Below are positions 35,740 to 45,357 of a stretch of 64,000 nucleotides of DNA, one piece after another. Position 1 is the first letter of the stretch. Each line of letters opens with the position of its first letter. Under the pieces are notes generated by a model that saw only the letters and a program-made list of their open reading frames with translations, was not told where the DNA came from and made no database searches. A program made the position numbers and the translations under genes. The stretch is taken from assembly GCA_043821365.1 (NCBI GenBank), contig JBDRCX010000006.1, positions 40,840 to 104,839 on the forward strand, written 5' to 3'. The DNA comes from Candidatus Micrarchaeota archaeon. GTDB lineage: Archaea; Micrarchaeota; Micrarchaeia; Anstonellales; Bilamarchaeaceae.

Positions 35740-37383
35740 ATGGAAGGTAGCTACAATGAACTCAACAAAGAATGGAAAATAACATCACGACTCGTATTTG
35801 GAGGAGAAATAGGGGAACTCCAAGATTATAGAGACTGGCTCATTGAATTGAATAATCCTAGATTTACAAAAAACTCCTCAATTTCTGGTAAGGAAACTAT
35901 TTTCTCAAGTAGTGAATATGATGACCAGTCCAGATTTCTGGCTCTTGACGAAATTCCAGCAACACAATATTTTGAACCATTGAAAAATCATCAGATTTTT
36001 CAAAATTTGAACGGTAAACCGTTCAATCCTTTGAATATCAATGAGATCAAAGATATTGATTCCATAGTAGAAGCGATCCAAGAAAGAATCTATTATTGTG
36101 GGAATATAGTTTTAGGTAATTCGAAGTTTGTTGAGAAAAGTTCAAACATAACAAACAGTTTCTATGTTTATGATTCTGTAAAAATTAGTGATTGTAAAAA
36201 TATAGCATACTCACAGTATCTTCGCCTATGTGAAAATGTATTCGGAACAAATGAGGGTGGAGAATCAAAATATTGCATACGGTGTTGTATACTTTTCAAA
36301 AATGCAAGAAGTTTTGAGTTGTGGAAAAGTACTTGTTGCACAGATTGTTATTATTCATTTGGATTGAATGGGTGTAATGATGTTATTTTCTCATTTAACA
36401 TCCAGGGAAAGTCCAACGTAATAGGAAATCTTTCGCTTCCAAAAGACAAATACCGTGAGATAAAGAAAAAACTACTTGATGAAATGAGAGACGAACTTGT
36501 TAAGACTAAAAAACTACCATCACTCGTAGAGCTGACTATAAAAGAACCGGAAATCCCTGATGGCTATGGTTTGTGTGGACAGGATAAGGAAAAAAGCAGA
36601 AGTACAGTTGATAGTGCATTTAGCAAAACTTCTGAACTTTTGTTTGGTCAACAACTTCAAGGAAAGATGGAGGATTACGATGAATGGTTACGCTCACATA
36701 TAATTGTCCCATATTCTGTGAAATCAGTACTAAGCAAAAAAACAGTCCAACTTTCTCAATGGCCTGGTTTGGCTCAGTTGCCAAAAAACAGGATAGTAAC
36801 TTTGAATGAGGCTAGAGAACTAGCCAAACTTATGATAACAAATGAGCAAGCAGAAAGAATATCACTAACAAATGCATCAGATTACTTAACAAAAATAGCA
36901 TATTTCCCACCTGAAGAGATGACAGGAGAAAATACAAACTTAATTGAATGTCAATGGGGATCATCAGCAGCAAATTGCTATCGATCTGTGATATGTGTAT
37001 ATAGTAAAAACTGCGGTTATTGTTCCTGGCCACGAAGTTCGGAAAATTGTTTTGGCTGTGGAATTGTTTTTGACTCTAATTTTTCGATGAAATGCTATGA
37101 TTCAATTAAACTTTCCAGATGTTTTGAAGTAGATGCATCATCATCCTGTACTGACACGTACTTTGCACATAACTGTGAAAATGTACGAGACTCGATGTTT
37201 TGCTTCAATGTAAAGAATTTGAAAAATGCAATTGGAAATTGTCAACTCCAAACTGATCAGTATAAGAGTATAAAATCATCATTACAAGTGCAACTCCATA
37301 ATGGATTAGAATTAAAAAAATGTCTTGGTCTAAGTATTTTTAGTCTTAATAGAAATAAGCCACTTAAAGCATATCCCACATAA
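35740..37383 (+). CDS. Cys-rich paralog family, fused N+C two-module protein (about 547 aa)
   Basis: ATG at 35740 (MEGSYNELNKEWKITSRLVFGGEIGEL); the track ORF opens at TTG 35647. INEIKDIDSIVEAI, linker KKLPSLVEL, C-terminal CFEVDASSSCTDTYFAHNCENVRDSMFCFNVKNLKNAIGN. Confidence 0.55.
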   Translation: MEGSYNELNKEWKITSRLVFGGEIGELQDYRDWLIELNNPRFTKNSSISGKETIFSSSEYDDQSRFLALDEIPATQYFEPLKNHQIFQNLNGKPFNPLNINEIKDIDSIVEAIQERIYYCGNIVLGNSKFVEKSSNITNSFYVYDSVKISDCKNIAYSQYLRLCENVFGTNEGGESKYCIRCCILFKNARSFELWKSTCCTDCYYSFGLNGCNDVIFSFNIQGKSNVIGNLSLPKDKYREIKKKLLDEMRDELVKTKKLPSLVELTIKEPEIPDGYGLCGQDKEKSRSTVDSAFSKTSELLFGQQLQGKMEDYDEWLRSHIIVPYSVKSVLSKKTVQLSQWPGLAQLPKNRIVTLNEARELAKLMITNEQAERISLTNASDYLTKIAYFPPEEMTGENTNLIECQWGSSAANCYRSVICVYSKNCGYCSWPRSSENCFGCGIVFDSNFSMKCYDSIKLSRCFEVDASSSCTDTYFAHNCENVRDSMFCFNVKNLKNAIGNCQLQTDQYKSIKSSLQVQLHNGLELKKCLGLSIFSLNRNKPLKAYPT

Positions 37384-38101
37384 ACCAAAAGAATTTTCTA
37401 TAACCATCTGCCAATTGCCTACTCTTCACTACGAATTGGATTGGGTTGTCACCCAACTTCCCAACTTCAACCCCAGTAAAACTAACCACATAATCTCCAA
37501 AAATATCGATTGCAGTTGGACTTGAATATTTTTTTGGTAGGAACTTATATGGTTTCCCAACAAATTTTAGTATCTCTGGTTTATTTTCCTTAACCTCATG
37601 ATCAAATAAATGCATGAATTTTATACCGCGTTTTTTTCTTTCACTATCAAACTTTGGAAGGAAATATTGCAATCTAGGATCAAGCCAAAATGCTTTTGCA
37701 CCTATGAAATAGACTGTTTCTTCTTGCTCAAGTATGTCGTTGAGGTAGTTTTTGAATCCTTCCATACCTCTATAAAAATAAGCTTCTTCATTTTCTCTAA
37801 CTTTCCGATATTCTTTCTGAAGCGAAGGAAGGATAGCACCCAATTCATTTTGTCTTTCTACAAGTATGTCTGCAAGCCTGTTTGGGTCCCTTGGGATATA
37901 ATGCTTTTTTCCGGATACTACCAACTCTGATATCAGGCCTTTATCGAGTAATTTTGCGATAGAATCGTAAATGTTTCTTCTATGAACACCAGAACGTACT
38001 GCTATCTTTTCTATTGGTGCCTGGCCCATTCTGATTAATGCTTCGTAAACCTTAACCTCATTGATTGTAAGGCCTATTTTTGCAAGTGTATCCTCGTACA
38101 T
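37364..38101 (-). CDS. TrmB-family transcriptional regulator (245 aa)
   Basis: N-terminal IGLTINEVKVYEALIRMGQAPIEKIAVRSGVHRRNIYDSIAKLLDKGLI. The 3' end overlaps the convergent paralog gene by 20 nt. It is divergent from paralog 38317. Confidence 0.6.
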   Translation of the reverse strand: MYEDTLAKIGLTINEVKVYEALIRMGQAPIEKIAVRSGVHRRNIYDSIAKLLDKGLISELVVSGKKHYIPRDPNRLADILVERQNELGAILPSLQKEYRKVRENEEAYFYRGMEGFKNYLNDILEQEETVYFIGAKAFWLDPRLQYFLPKFDSERKKRGIKFMHLFDHEVKENKPEILKFVGKPYKFLPKKYSSPTAIDIFGDYVVSFTGVEVGKLGDNPIQFVVKSRQLADGYRKFFWFMWDML

Positions 38102-38236
38102 AGTACTATGGTGACATATGTCACCAACATTATTTAAATATGCCCAGAGCGTAATAGTTTCAGGAAGTTTGAAAAGGGAAAATCAAACAAATTAGGTGGG
38201 GAGGATTATGATTACACATATTAGATTTAGCGTAAG

Positions 38237-38260
38237 CCAACTACGACCCCCAGGGGGGAA
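38237..38260. promoter_or_regulatory. Conserved GC-rich motif (copy 2) ccaactacgacccccaggggggaa in the TrmB/paralog divergent intergenic region
   Basis: See the motif at 34062-34086. The shared core is CAACTACGACCCC.CAGGGG.AA. Confidence 0.4.
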
Positions 38261-38316
38261 AATAAACTTAAAGAATAACATCTGGTGCAGTTATAAACAA
38301 CAAAAAGGCGAGGATT

Positions 38317-39909
38317 ATGGATAATCTGACTACTAACGAGCTTGAGAAGAAATGGAATAGCTCTTGCAAGCTAATCTTCAATCAAGAAATCGGAGATATG
38401 AACAGTTATGAACACTGGCTTACTGAACTTGTTGAACCTATTAATTATCACAAATCAAGCCTTTCTGGAAAAGACGTCATATCTGCACCAAACGGGTACT
38501 CTAAAGAATCAAAATGGCTTGCTTTCGATGAAGTTGATTTTAACAAGAAGTTCGAACCATTGAATATCAATGAAATTAAAGATATTGATTCATTAGTTCA
38601 AGCAATTTCAGAAAGATGGTACTACTCTGGAAACATATTTTTTGGGAATTCAGCATATATTGAAAAAAGCTCTAACATAAACGACAGTTTTTACATTTTC
38701 AAGAGTGCAAGATTCGGGAATTCAAAATATCTTGCCCATTGCACAATAGGAAGACAAAACCAGGAATGTTTTGGTTGTAATGTAATCAGTGAATCAAAAA
38801 ACTGTATTAAGTGTTATAGGTCTTTCCGTAATTCACGTTCATTTGAGCTTTGGATGAGCCAGAATTGCTCTGGATGTTACTACTCATTTGGATTGAATGG
38901 TTGTATTGATTGTATATTTTGCTTTAATGTTGAGAGCAGAAGACAATCCATAGGAAATCTAACGCTTGAACGTGATAAGTACATTAGCATAAAGAGTAAG
39001 TTACTAGAAGAAATAGCAGAAAAACTGCAAAAAGATCGTAGACTCATTTCCTTATTAGAGATAATTGACAAAGTTCCGCATAAAGGCCTTAGATTTAGTA
39101 ATAAAGATGGTATAAACGAACGAAATAATATAAATAAAAACAAAATTGAAAATGCATTTTCACAAACAACCAGCACATTATTTAGTAAAAAACTTGAAGG
39201 CATTGATGATTATTCAGATTATTTAAACAGACATATAAGAATAACAAAAAAATACTCATCAGCATTTAGTGGAGATGATCTTTTCATACCAGATTATGCA
39301 AATTATTCCAGATTACCTAAAGAAAGACTGCTTAGTTCAGGTGAGGCACACACTCATAGTAAGACGGTCCAGATAAAACCAAACGACCTAGAAAACCTAA
39401 ACTTAGACAATGTGCATGAAAAAATAGGTAGGATGTGTTTTTTCAATGCTGAGATGTTTGAAGGCACGAATTTGAATATGATTGAATGTGCAGTATCTGT
39501 TGATTCAGCAGATTGTTATCGGAGTTCAGTAACAGAATACTCGAAACACTGCGGGTATTCATTCTGGCCAAGAAGTTCCCAGTATCTGTTTGGTTGTGAT
39601 TCGCCTTTTGATTCAAGTTTTTGTATTAACTGTTATTCATGCACTTCACTTATACGATGTTTTGAAGTAGACTGTAGCGGCTACTGTTCAGATCTTTATT
39701 TTGGGCATAATTGCGAAAACGTTAGAGATAGCATGTTTTGTTTTAATGTCAAAAATCTCAGAAATGCAATTGGGAATGTACCACTACAATCTGATTCTTA
39801 CAAAAAAATCAAAGTAATGCTTCAGAACCAGATTCATGATGAATTACAATCAAAAAAATTCTTAGAATGGGATATTTACTCCCTGAATAGAGGTGGCAGA
39901 CATGGCTAA
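38317..39909 (+). CDS. Cys-rich paralog family, fused N+C two-module protein (530 aa)
   Basis: LEKKWNSSCKLIFNQEIGDM, INEIKDIDSLVQAI, linker RRLISLLEII, C-terminal CFEVDCSGYCSDLYFGHNCENVRDSMFCFNVKNLRNAIGN. The stop overlaps the next ORF start (ATGGCTAA). Confidence 0.55.
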   Translation: MDNLTTNELEKKWNSSCKLIFNQEIGDMNSYEHWLTELVEPINYHKSSLSGKDVISAPNGYSKESKWLAFDEVDFNKKFEPLNINEIKDIDSLVQAISERWYYSGNIFFGNSAYIEKSSNINDSFYIFKSARFGNSKYLAHCTIGRQNQECFGCNVISESKNCIKCYRSFRNSRSFELWMSQNCSGCYYSFGLNGCIDCIFCFNVESRRQSIGNLTLERDKYISIKSKLLEEIAEKLQKDRRLISLLEIIDKVPHKGLRFSNKDGINERNNINKNKIENAFSQTTSTLFSKKLEGIDDYSDYLNRHIRITKKYSSAFSGDDLFIPDYANYSRLPKERLLSSGEAHTHSKTVQIKPNDLENLNLDNVHEKIGRMCFFNAEMFEGTNLNMIECAVSVDSADCYRSSVTEYSKHCGYSFWPRSSQYLFGCDSPFDSSFCINCYSCTSLIRCFEVDCSGYCSDLYFGHNCENVRDSMFCFNVKNLRNAIGNVPLQSDSYKKIKVMLQNQIHDELQSKKFLEWDIYSLNRGGRHG

Positions 39910-40135
39910 ACAGTTATCGTCTTCATGCATACGACAACAGGATAAATATGCTGAAAGAGCAAGTTTACAAATGGGAAAGAAAACTTGGGAAACAAATAAA
40001 CAGCCAGTTTTGGACCTTATCTTTTCGATGAGTTTTTGGGTACCTTTTTCCAAAAAAGGTACAAAACCGCTCTACAGCGGCACTAGAGATATATATTTCA
40101 AAAAAGAGATAGTTGGTGTGGGAATATGGAAGTAA
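39902..40135 (+). CDS. Small hypothetical protein (77 aa) bridging the paralog gene and the HerA-like ATPase
   Basis: ATG at 39902 with GAGGTGG 7 nt upstream. It overlaps the upstream stop in the same ATGNNTAA pattern used by the split paralog pairs, and overlaps the ATPase start by 10 nt. It contains a hydrophobic segment VLDLIFSMSFWVPF. Confidence 0.3.
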   Translation: MAKQLSSSCIRQQDKYAERASLQMGKKTWETNKQPVLDLIFSMSFWVPFSKKGTKPLYSGTRDIYFKKEIVGVGIWK

Positions 40136-42270
40136 GAGAAATACACCTCTACTCGGAAAAAGTAGAGGATAATGATGTTAAGAATCTGTTCAACCAGGTT
40201 ACCAAATCTAGGTTTCCACTATTTGGACTGATAGATCTGTCTAATATTTTCTCTCCTAATGCCCTTACGCTAGTAGTTAAAAGGAATATAAATACAGTAA
40301 AATTCTATGCAAAGGAAAAAGATTGCCTCCAGAATATCTCTCCACTAATTTTTCCATACAGAATGTGTGATCCAAGCTTGCTGAAGCTTTCTGGGGGCTC
40401 TTATTTCCCTTTTCCAAGAATGTACATCATCAATGGTGCAACCCATGATCTGCTTGACTTTATACTAAAAGAAAAGATAGAACAAATGACATTAAACGTA
40501 ACAAAAGTCATGGGACAGTTCATTGCAAACGGAACAGTAGTATGTGAAAATGGACAAAAAGGGATGTTCACTGTGCTAGCACCTCAAAAATTCCTTACGA
40601 TTAATCTTGAGAAAAACCCATCAATTTACATTGAACTCCTTGAGCCATTGCCAAAACAAATATATGTAAGCTCAAAATTCCCTGTTTTTGAAGAAACCGG
40701 AATTACTATGGGTGTGGATAACTACGACCCATTACAACACACAATAATAGCAGGAACTTCTGGTTCAGGAAAAAGTAAAGGGCTTTTTGTGTTGTTAAAA
40801 GCATTAGAAGCAAAGTACAAAGACGGTGCACGGGTGGTTGTGGTTGACCCACATGGGGAATTTGCAAGACTGTTCCCTCATGCCAAAGTTATAGATTTCA
40901 TAAAAAATTATGTTGAGCCACTAGACGTAGGAAAAGATAAATCCCCAATGCTGACCCAGTTGGTCTCACAATTAATTACCTCTTCGATAGGGCAAGAAAA
41001 CAAATATTCAGAACGTGTATTGTTTTATACTGTTCACCTTCTCTCATCAATCAATAAACTTGACCTTAACAATATAAGCCTACTTTTAACAGACTCATCA
41101 GTAAAGGCAGAATATGTCAGCATGTGTGATAATGATGAGGTAAAAAGATTCTTTGATGAAGAATACAATGACATACACATCCACCATTTCAACAATGCTA
41201 TTCTTCCAATTTTGAACTTTATTGGGGAGTACCAATTGTATTTAGGAAAGGAGAAAAAACGAGAGGGGCTTTTGGAATCCATCCAACAGAACAGAATAAC
41301 TGTAGTTGCATTTGACCCCAAATTCTTCGGAAGAAGAATGATTAGTTTCCTTGCTGGAGCAGTTATCAATCAGATGTATATTCTAGCAATTACAGGAAAA
41401 CTCCAAGAAAAACCAACTGTTTTGGTTGTTGATGAATTCCCAAGAGTGGAAACAAGAGTAACCAAGGACATTCTTTCAGAAACAAGAAAATTCAATTTAT
41501 TCGCATACCTATCATGCCAGTATTTGGGCCAGCTGAGCAAAGAAGTTCTTGATTCAATTGTATCAAATGCAAGAAACATAATTGCATTTAAGATAAATAA
41601 ACAAGATGCTGCAATGCTCAGCTCAATCATGGAAATAAAGGTCGAGGAATACTTCAAAAAGAGCAGAGCAACAACTGAACTTGAAGAGTCTAAAAAAGAG
41701 ATGTTTGTACGTTTACACCAGAGAGAGTGCATTGTCAGATTATTTGATGGTGTCAAATATCTTTTACCAATGAAACTAAAGATTGTTGATGCAAAAAAGT
41801 GGGGGCTGAGAGAAGGGACAGTACCTTACGTTGAAAGAGATCCACCACCAGAGGCACCAGGAGTGCCAAGATCAAAACCAATGACAAATGCATTCCAAGG
41901 ACAAGAACCTCAAGAAAGCGAAAAACCACAAATGACACCAGCAGGACCATTACCAAGAATGTCTGTTTCGCAACAGCAGGGAATACCAGGAGCACCACCA
42001 ATTGACAATGACACTGGACTGTATTGTGTAGCTGAAGAAGGAGAAACACCACCAGAAGAAGAAAAAGAAGAGAAACCAGCATTACCAGAACCAATGACTG
42101 AGAGTCCATGGTTGCAAGAAACACCAGATGCGATATACCAATTGGAAAAAGCAAAACTTAATGGTGTTATAAAAGATATGCCAAAACAACCTAAAGAAAC
42201 AGAAGATACAGATAAAAAACCAGAAGAGAAAAAACACAAAAAATCAAAAAAACCTAAGAAGAAAGAGTGA
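40126..42270 (+). CDS. HerA/FtsK-superfamily (DUF87-type) ATPase with an N-terminal unknown domain and a Pro/Glu/Lys-rich disordered C-terminal tail (714 aa)
   Basis: Walker A IIAGTSGSGKSKG is followed by the HerA-typical VVVDPHGEF. Walker B is VLVVDEFPRV. The C-terminal roughly 160 aa are low-complexity (PPPEAPGVP...EEEKEEKPALPEP...KKHKKSKKPKKKE). It sits where the two paralog arrays converge. Confidence 0.6.
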   Translation: MEVREIHLYSEKVEDNDVKNLFNQVTKSRFPLFGLIDLSNIFSPNALTLVVKRNINTVKFYAKEKDCLQNISPLIFPYRMCDPSLLKLSGGSYFPFPRMYIINGATHDLLDFILKEKIEQMTLNVTKVMGQFIANGTVVCENGQKGMFTVLAPQKFLTINLEKNPSIYIELLEPLPKQIYVSSKFPVFEETGITMGVDNYDPLQHTIIAGTSGSGKSKGLFVLLKALEAKYKDGARVVVVDPHGEFARLFPHAKVIDFIKNYVEPLDVGKDKSPMLTQLVSQLITSSIGQENKYSERVLFYTVHLLSSINKLDLNNISLLLTDSSVKAEYVSMCDNDEVKRFFDEEYNDIHIHHFNNAILPILNFIGEYQLYLGKEKKREGLLESIQQNRITVVAFDPKFFGRRMISFLAGAVINQMYILAITGKLQEKPTVLVVDEFPRVETRVTKDILSETRKFNLFAYLSCQYLGQLSKEVLDSIVSNARNIIAFKINKQDAAMLSSIMEIKVEEYFKKSRATTELEESKKEMFVRLHQRECIVRLFDGVKYLLPMKLKIVDAKKWGLREGTVPYVERDPPPEAPGVPRSKPMTNAFQGQEPQESEKPQMTPAGPLPRMSVSQQQGIPGAPPIDNDTGLYCVAEEGETPPEEEKEEKPALPEPMTESPWLQETPDAIYQLEKAKLNGVIKDMPKQPKETEDTDKKPEEKKHKKSKKPKKKE

Positions 42271-43828
42271 ACACGCTCCACTTCAAACTTTTATTATTTT
42301 CTAGTTTTTGGTTTATTTCATCTAAAACCATTTTTTTAATTTTAAGATACCTCTCTTTACCAACCTCAACATTGCCTATAGCGTACCGTTTATTCTTTAG
42401 ATTAAAACAGAACAGACAATTCGACAAACTTTCGCAGTTATGGCAGAATAATGAATCTGAGCAATCCCTGCAATTATCCATTTCAAAACATCTTGATAAT
42501 TTTTGAGAATGATAACAATTGATACAGAAATTAGAATCGAAAATAGTATCAAATCCAAAGCAATTATTGGAATCCTTGGGCCACATACCACAAGCACAGT
42601 ATTTTGACCTCACTACGGCAGATGCCTTGTAACAATGTGCTGCTCCAACAGTGACCGTAGACTCGATAAAATTCTCAACTTTGCCCTCTCTAATATCAAC
42701 AGTAAAATAGGATATTTTTCCAATATTTTCATGTGCATTTTCCAAACTTAATTTTTCGACTTCGTCTAGGTTAAATTTCACAGACTCGCCAATCTGTCTA
42801 GCCTCACCCATTGTAACAACAATATCCTCTGGGAGGGCCTCAAGTGCAATAACATAGGGTAGCATAAGTAGTCTTTTTCCACTGATGGCAGATTTTCTTT
42901 CCTCTATTTTATGTGCATGCCTATAGAGCCAATCATGATACTCGTCGATATCCTTTAGTCTTTTTCCAAAAATTACTGCCGATGTATTTGTAAATGCATT
43001 TTCAACTATTTCCTTATTTTCAGAATATTTTTCTTCATCAAGTGGAGGTAAATTTGGCTTTTGTAATTTGCCTTTTTTAACAATATCAAGCAAAGAAGGC
43101 AATGATTTGTTCTTTTTTAGTTCATCAACCATTTGTTCACAGAGGGATTTTTTTATTGAGAAATATTTTTCTTTGTCGATTTCCAGATTCCCTATGCAGT
43201 ATCTTTTATTTTTTAAGTGGAAAGAAAAAAGACAGTTGGAACAACCAGTTAGGTTTGATACATAATAACAATCTGAACAGTTCTGAGCAGACCAAATTTC
43301 AAACGAACGTTTAACAGAAAATGTCTGAGTACAACGAATACAGAATTCTGTTTCTCCTGGGCCATGGACTCCAAAACAATTGTTGCTATCCCTACCAACA
43401 GTGCAGTAAGCAAGATATTTTGAATTTATAAATTGGGCTGAATCAGTTACATAAAAACAATCAGTAAGATTACAACTTCTTTCTACATGGCTTGAGTTAC
43501 CAAGAACAGTATTACCACAGTAATAAGCCCTATCCGAAACCGCTTGTATAAGAGAATCAATATCTTTAATTTCGTTAATATCCAATGGTTCGAACTTCTT
43601 GTTAAAATCAACTTCATCGAAACTTATCCACTTGGAATTTGGATAATACTCCTTTATTGAAAATGCAACTTCTTTCCCAGATAGGGTTGATTTTCTGATT
43701 AGGTTTGAATCGATAAGACCAGAAAGCCATTTTGAATATTCTTCAAGCTCACCAATCTCTTCGCCAAATAATAGTTTTGTAGTTTTTTTCCATGATTGAT
43801 TCAGTATATTATACGTTTCTGATGACAT
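42254..43828 (-). CDS. Cys-rich paralog family, fused N+C two-module protein (524 aa)
   Basis: WKKTTKLLFGEEIGELEEYSKWL, INEIKDIDSLIQAV, linker KSLPSLLDIV, C-terminal CFEMDNCRDCSDSLFCHNCESLSNCLFCFNLKNKRYAIGN. The 3' end overlaps the convergent ATPase gene by 17 nt. Confidence 0.55.
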   Translation of the reverse strand: MSSETYNILNQSWKKTTKLLFGEEIGELEEYSKWLSGLIDSNLIRKSTLSGKEVAFSIKEYYPNSKWISFDEVDFNKKFEPLDINEIKDIDSLIQAVSDRAYYCGNTVLGNSSHVERSCNLTDCFYVTDSAQFINSKYLAYCTVGRDSNNCFGVHGPGETEFCIRCTQTFSVKRSFEIWSAQNCSDCYYVSNLTGCSNCLFSFHLKNKRYCIGNLEIDKEKYFSIKKSLCEQMVDELKKNKSLPSLLDIVKKGKLQKPNLPPLDEEKYSENKEIVENAFTNTSAVIFGKRLKDIDEYHDWLYRHAHKIEERKSAISGKRLLMLPYVIALEALPEDIVVTMGEARQIGESVKFNLDEVEKLSLENAHENIGKISYFTVDIREGKVENFIESTVTVGAAHCYKASAVVRSKYCACGMWPKDSNNCFGFDTIFDSNFCINCYHSQKLSRCFEMDNCRDCSDSLFCHNCESLSNCLFCFNLKNKRYAIGNVEVGKERYLKIKKMVLDEINQKLENNKSLKWSVFTLSS

Positions 43829-43829
43829 G

Positions 43830-44594
43830 CTATTTTTTACCCCCCAAATTGTAGATGTTCAGAACAAGCTTTTTTTCATTTTCTATTTTTTCTGCAATTT
43901 CACTCACAATCATTTTCTTTATTCTAAGGTACTCCTCCTTTCCAACTTCCACATTCATTATAGCATATCTAAGCGATTTTGCATTAAAACAGAACATACA
44001 ATTGTTCAAATTCTCGCAGTTATGGCAAAAGTAGCAATCAGTACAGTTGCTACAATCGCTTAATTCAAAGCACCTTGCTAGTTTTACGGAATTATAACAT
44101 TTGATAGAAAAATTTGAAGCAAATAAAAAGTGGGAACCAAAACAATATTCTGATTCTCTTGGCCAAAAACAGTAAGCATCACATTTTGAATAGATATACC
44201 AGACTCCATCTAAACAATGTTGGGCATGCATACAGGTGGATGTTTTTTGAAGGTCTTGATTCTGGCCAAGCATGACATCAGAAGTTACATAGTTTATTTC
44301 TTGTAATTTTTCTGAGGCATTAGATAGGGTTAATGTCTTTGCACCATGTTCTGAGATTTGTTTTTTACCAAGTTCAAGTGATTCTTCTAAAGTAACAAGA
44401 TTCTTTTTTATGGAATTGAAGAAGAGGATATCTGGCACGTAGACAATCTTGTCACTTACCTGGGATTTGGTATGGAGTGCTTTGTTTACATTTTCTAAAA
44501 GCCAATTTCGATAGCTTTCCAAATTAGTCAATTTTCTACCGAAAATAATTGAAGTGGTTTCCTGAAAGGCTTTTTCAATTTCCAAATTACCCAT
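43830..44594 (-). CDS. Cys-rich paralog family, C-module-only protein (about 254 aa)
   Basis: MGNLEIEKAFQETTSIIFGRKL...CFELSDCSNCTDCYFCHNCENLNNCMFCFNAKSLRYAIMN. ATG at 44594. Its start overlaps the upstream N-module stop as ATGGGTAA. Confidence 0.5.
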   Translation of the reverse strand: MGNLEIEKAFQETTSIIFGRKLTNLESYRNWLLENVNKALHTKSQVSDKIVYVPDILFFNSIKKNLVTLEESLELGKKQISEHGAKTLTLSNASEKLQEINYVTSDVMLGQNQDLQKTSTCMHAQHCLDGVWYIYSKCDAYCFWPRESEYCFGSHFLFASNFSIKCYNSVKLARCFELSDCSNCTDCYFCHNCENLNNCMFCFNAKSLRYAIMNVEVGKEEYLRIKKMIVSEIAEKIENEKKLVLNIYNLGGKK

Positions 44595-45357
44595 GCACAT
44601 CACCGTTAATTATATCTATCAATGATGGAAGTTTCTTTCTTGCTTTCAGAATCTCACGCATTTCACCAATGAGTTTTTCCTTTAATTTATGGTATTCTTC
44701 AGGACTAAATTGGTGGTTTCCGATCATATAACTTTTATTTCTTTGATTGAAAGAAAACATACAATTGGTGCAATTTTCCAGACTTCCTGTAAAATAACAA
44801 TCTGATGCAACATAGTTTCTGATGGTTTCCAAGCATCGGACATTTTTGTAGGTTTCAAAGGTTTTGATATTAAACTTACTCCCTTCACCAATTGCATTAC
44901 CACCAAAGATGTACTCTGCAAATCTTAGAACTGATGAGTATGCGACAAATTTACAATCATAAACATCTTGGGTTTTATAAATAAATGAGGAATTGATGCA
45001 CCTATTAGAGACCTGAACTTCACGGGAGTTACCAAGAACAACATTACCAATATAATATGCTTTTTCATTAACAGCTTCAATAATGGAATCAATATCTTTG
45101 ATTTTGTTTATATCATATTTTTGCTTGCCAATTGTGTTCATATATTGATCAATTTCATCAAGGCTTAGGAATTTGGCCCCTGGAGCAACTTTTTCAGATG
45201 ATACAATAACTTCTTTCCCAGATAAGGCGGATTTTTTCATACCAAATGGATCAACATATCTTAGAAGCCATGTCTCGTATTCACCAAGGTTGCCAAGTTC
45301 TTCTCCAAATAGCACCTTGGATGTTTTTTTCCATGCAACATTAATATCAGAATTCAT
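44587..45357 (-). CDS. Cys-rich paralog family, N-module-only protein (256 aa)
   Basis: WKKTSKVLFGEELGNLGEYETWL, INKIKDIDSIIEAV, CTNCMFSFNQRNKSYMIGN. It ends at the linker KKLPSLIDIINGDVHG. Confidence 0.5.
   Translation of the reverse strand: MNSDINVAWKKTSKVLFGEELGNLGEYETWLLRYVDPFGMKKSALSGKEVIVSSEKVAPGAKFLSLDEIDQYMNTIGKQKYDINKIKDIDSIIEAVNEKAYYIGNVVLGNSREVQVSNRCINSSFIYKTQDVYDCKFVAYSSVLRFAEYIFGGNAIGEGSKFNIKTFETYKNVRCLETIRNYVASDCYFTGSLENCTNCMFSFNQRNKSYMIGNHQFSPEEYHKLKEKLIGEMREILKARKKLPSLIDIINGDVHG

Noticed and set aside
41753-42281. Two 123-133-aa minus-strand ORFs in the 3' part of the HerA-like ATPase gene
   Set aside because: They are antisense to the low-complexity Pro/Glu/Lys tail-coding region, and their hydrophobic Leu/Val-rich translations are an artefact of that composition.
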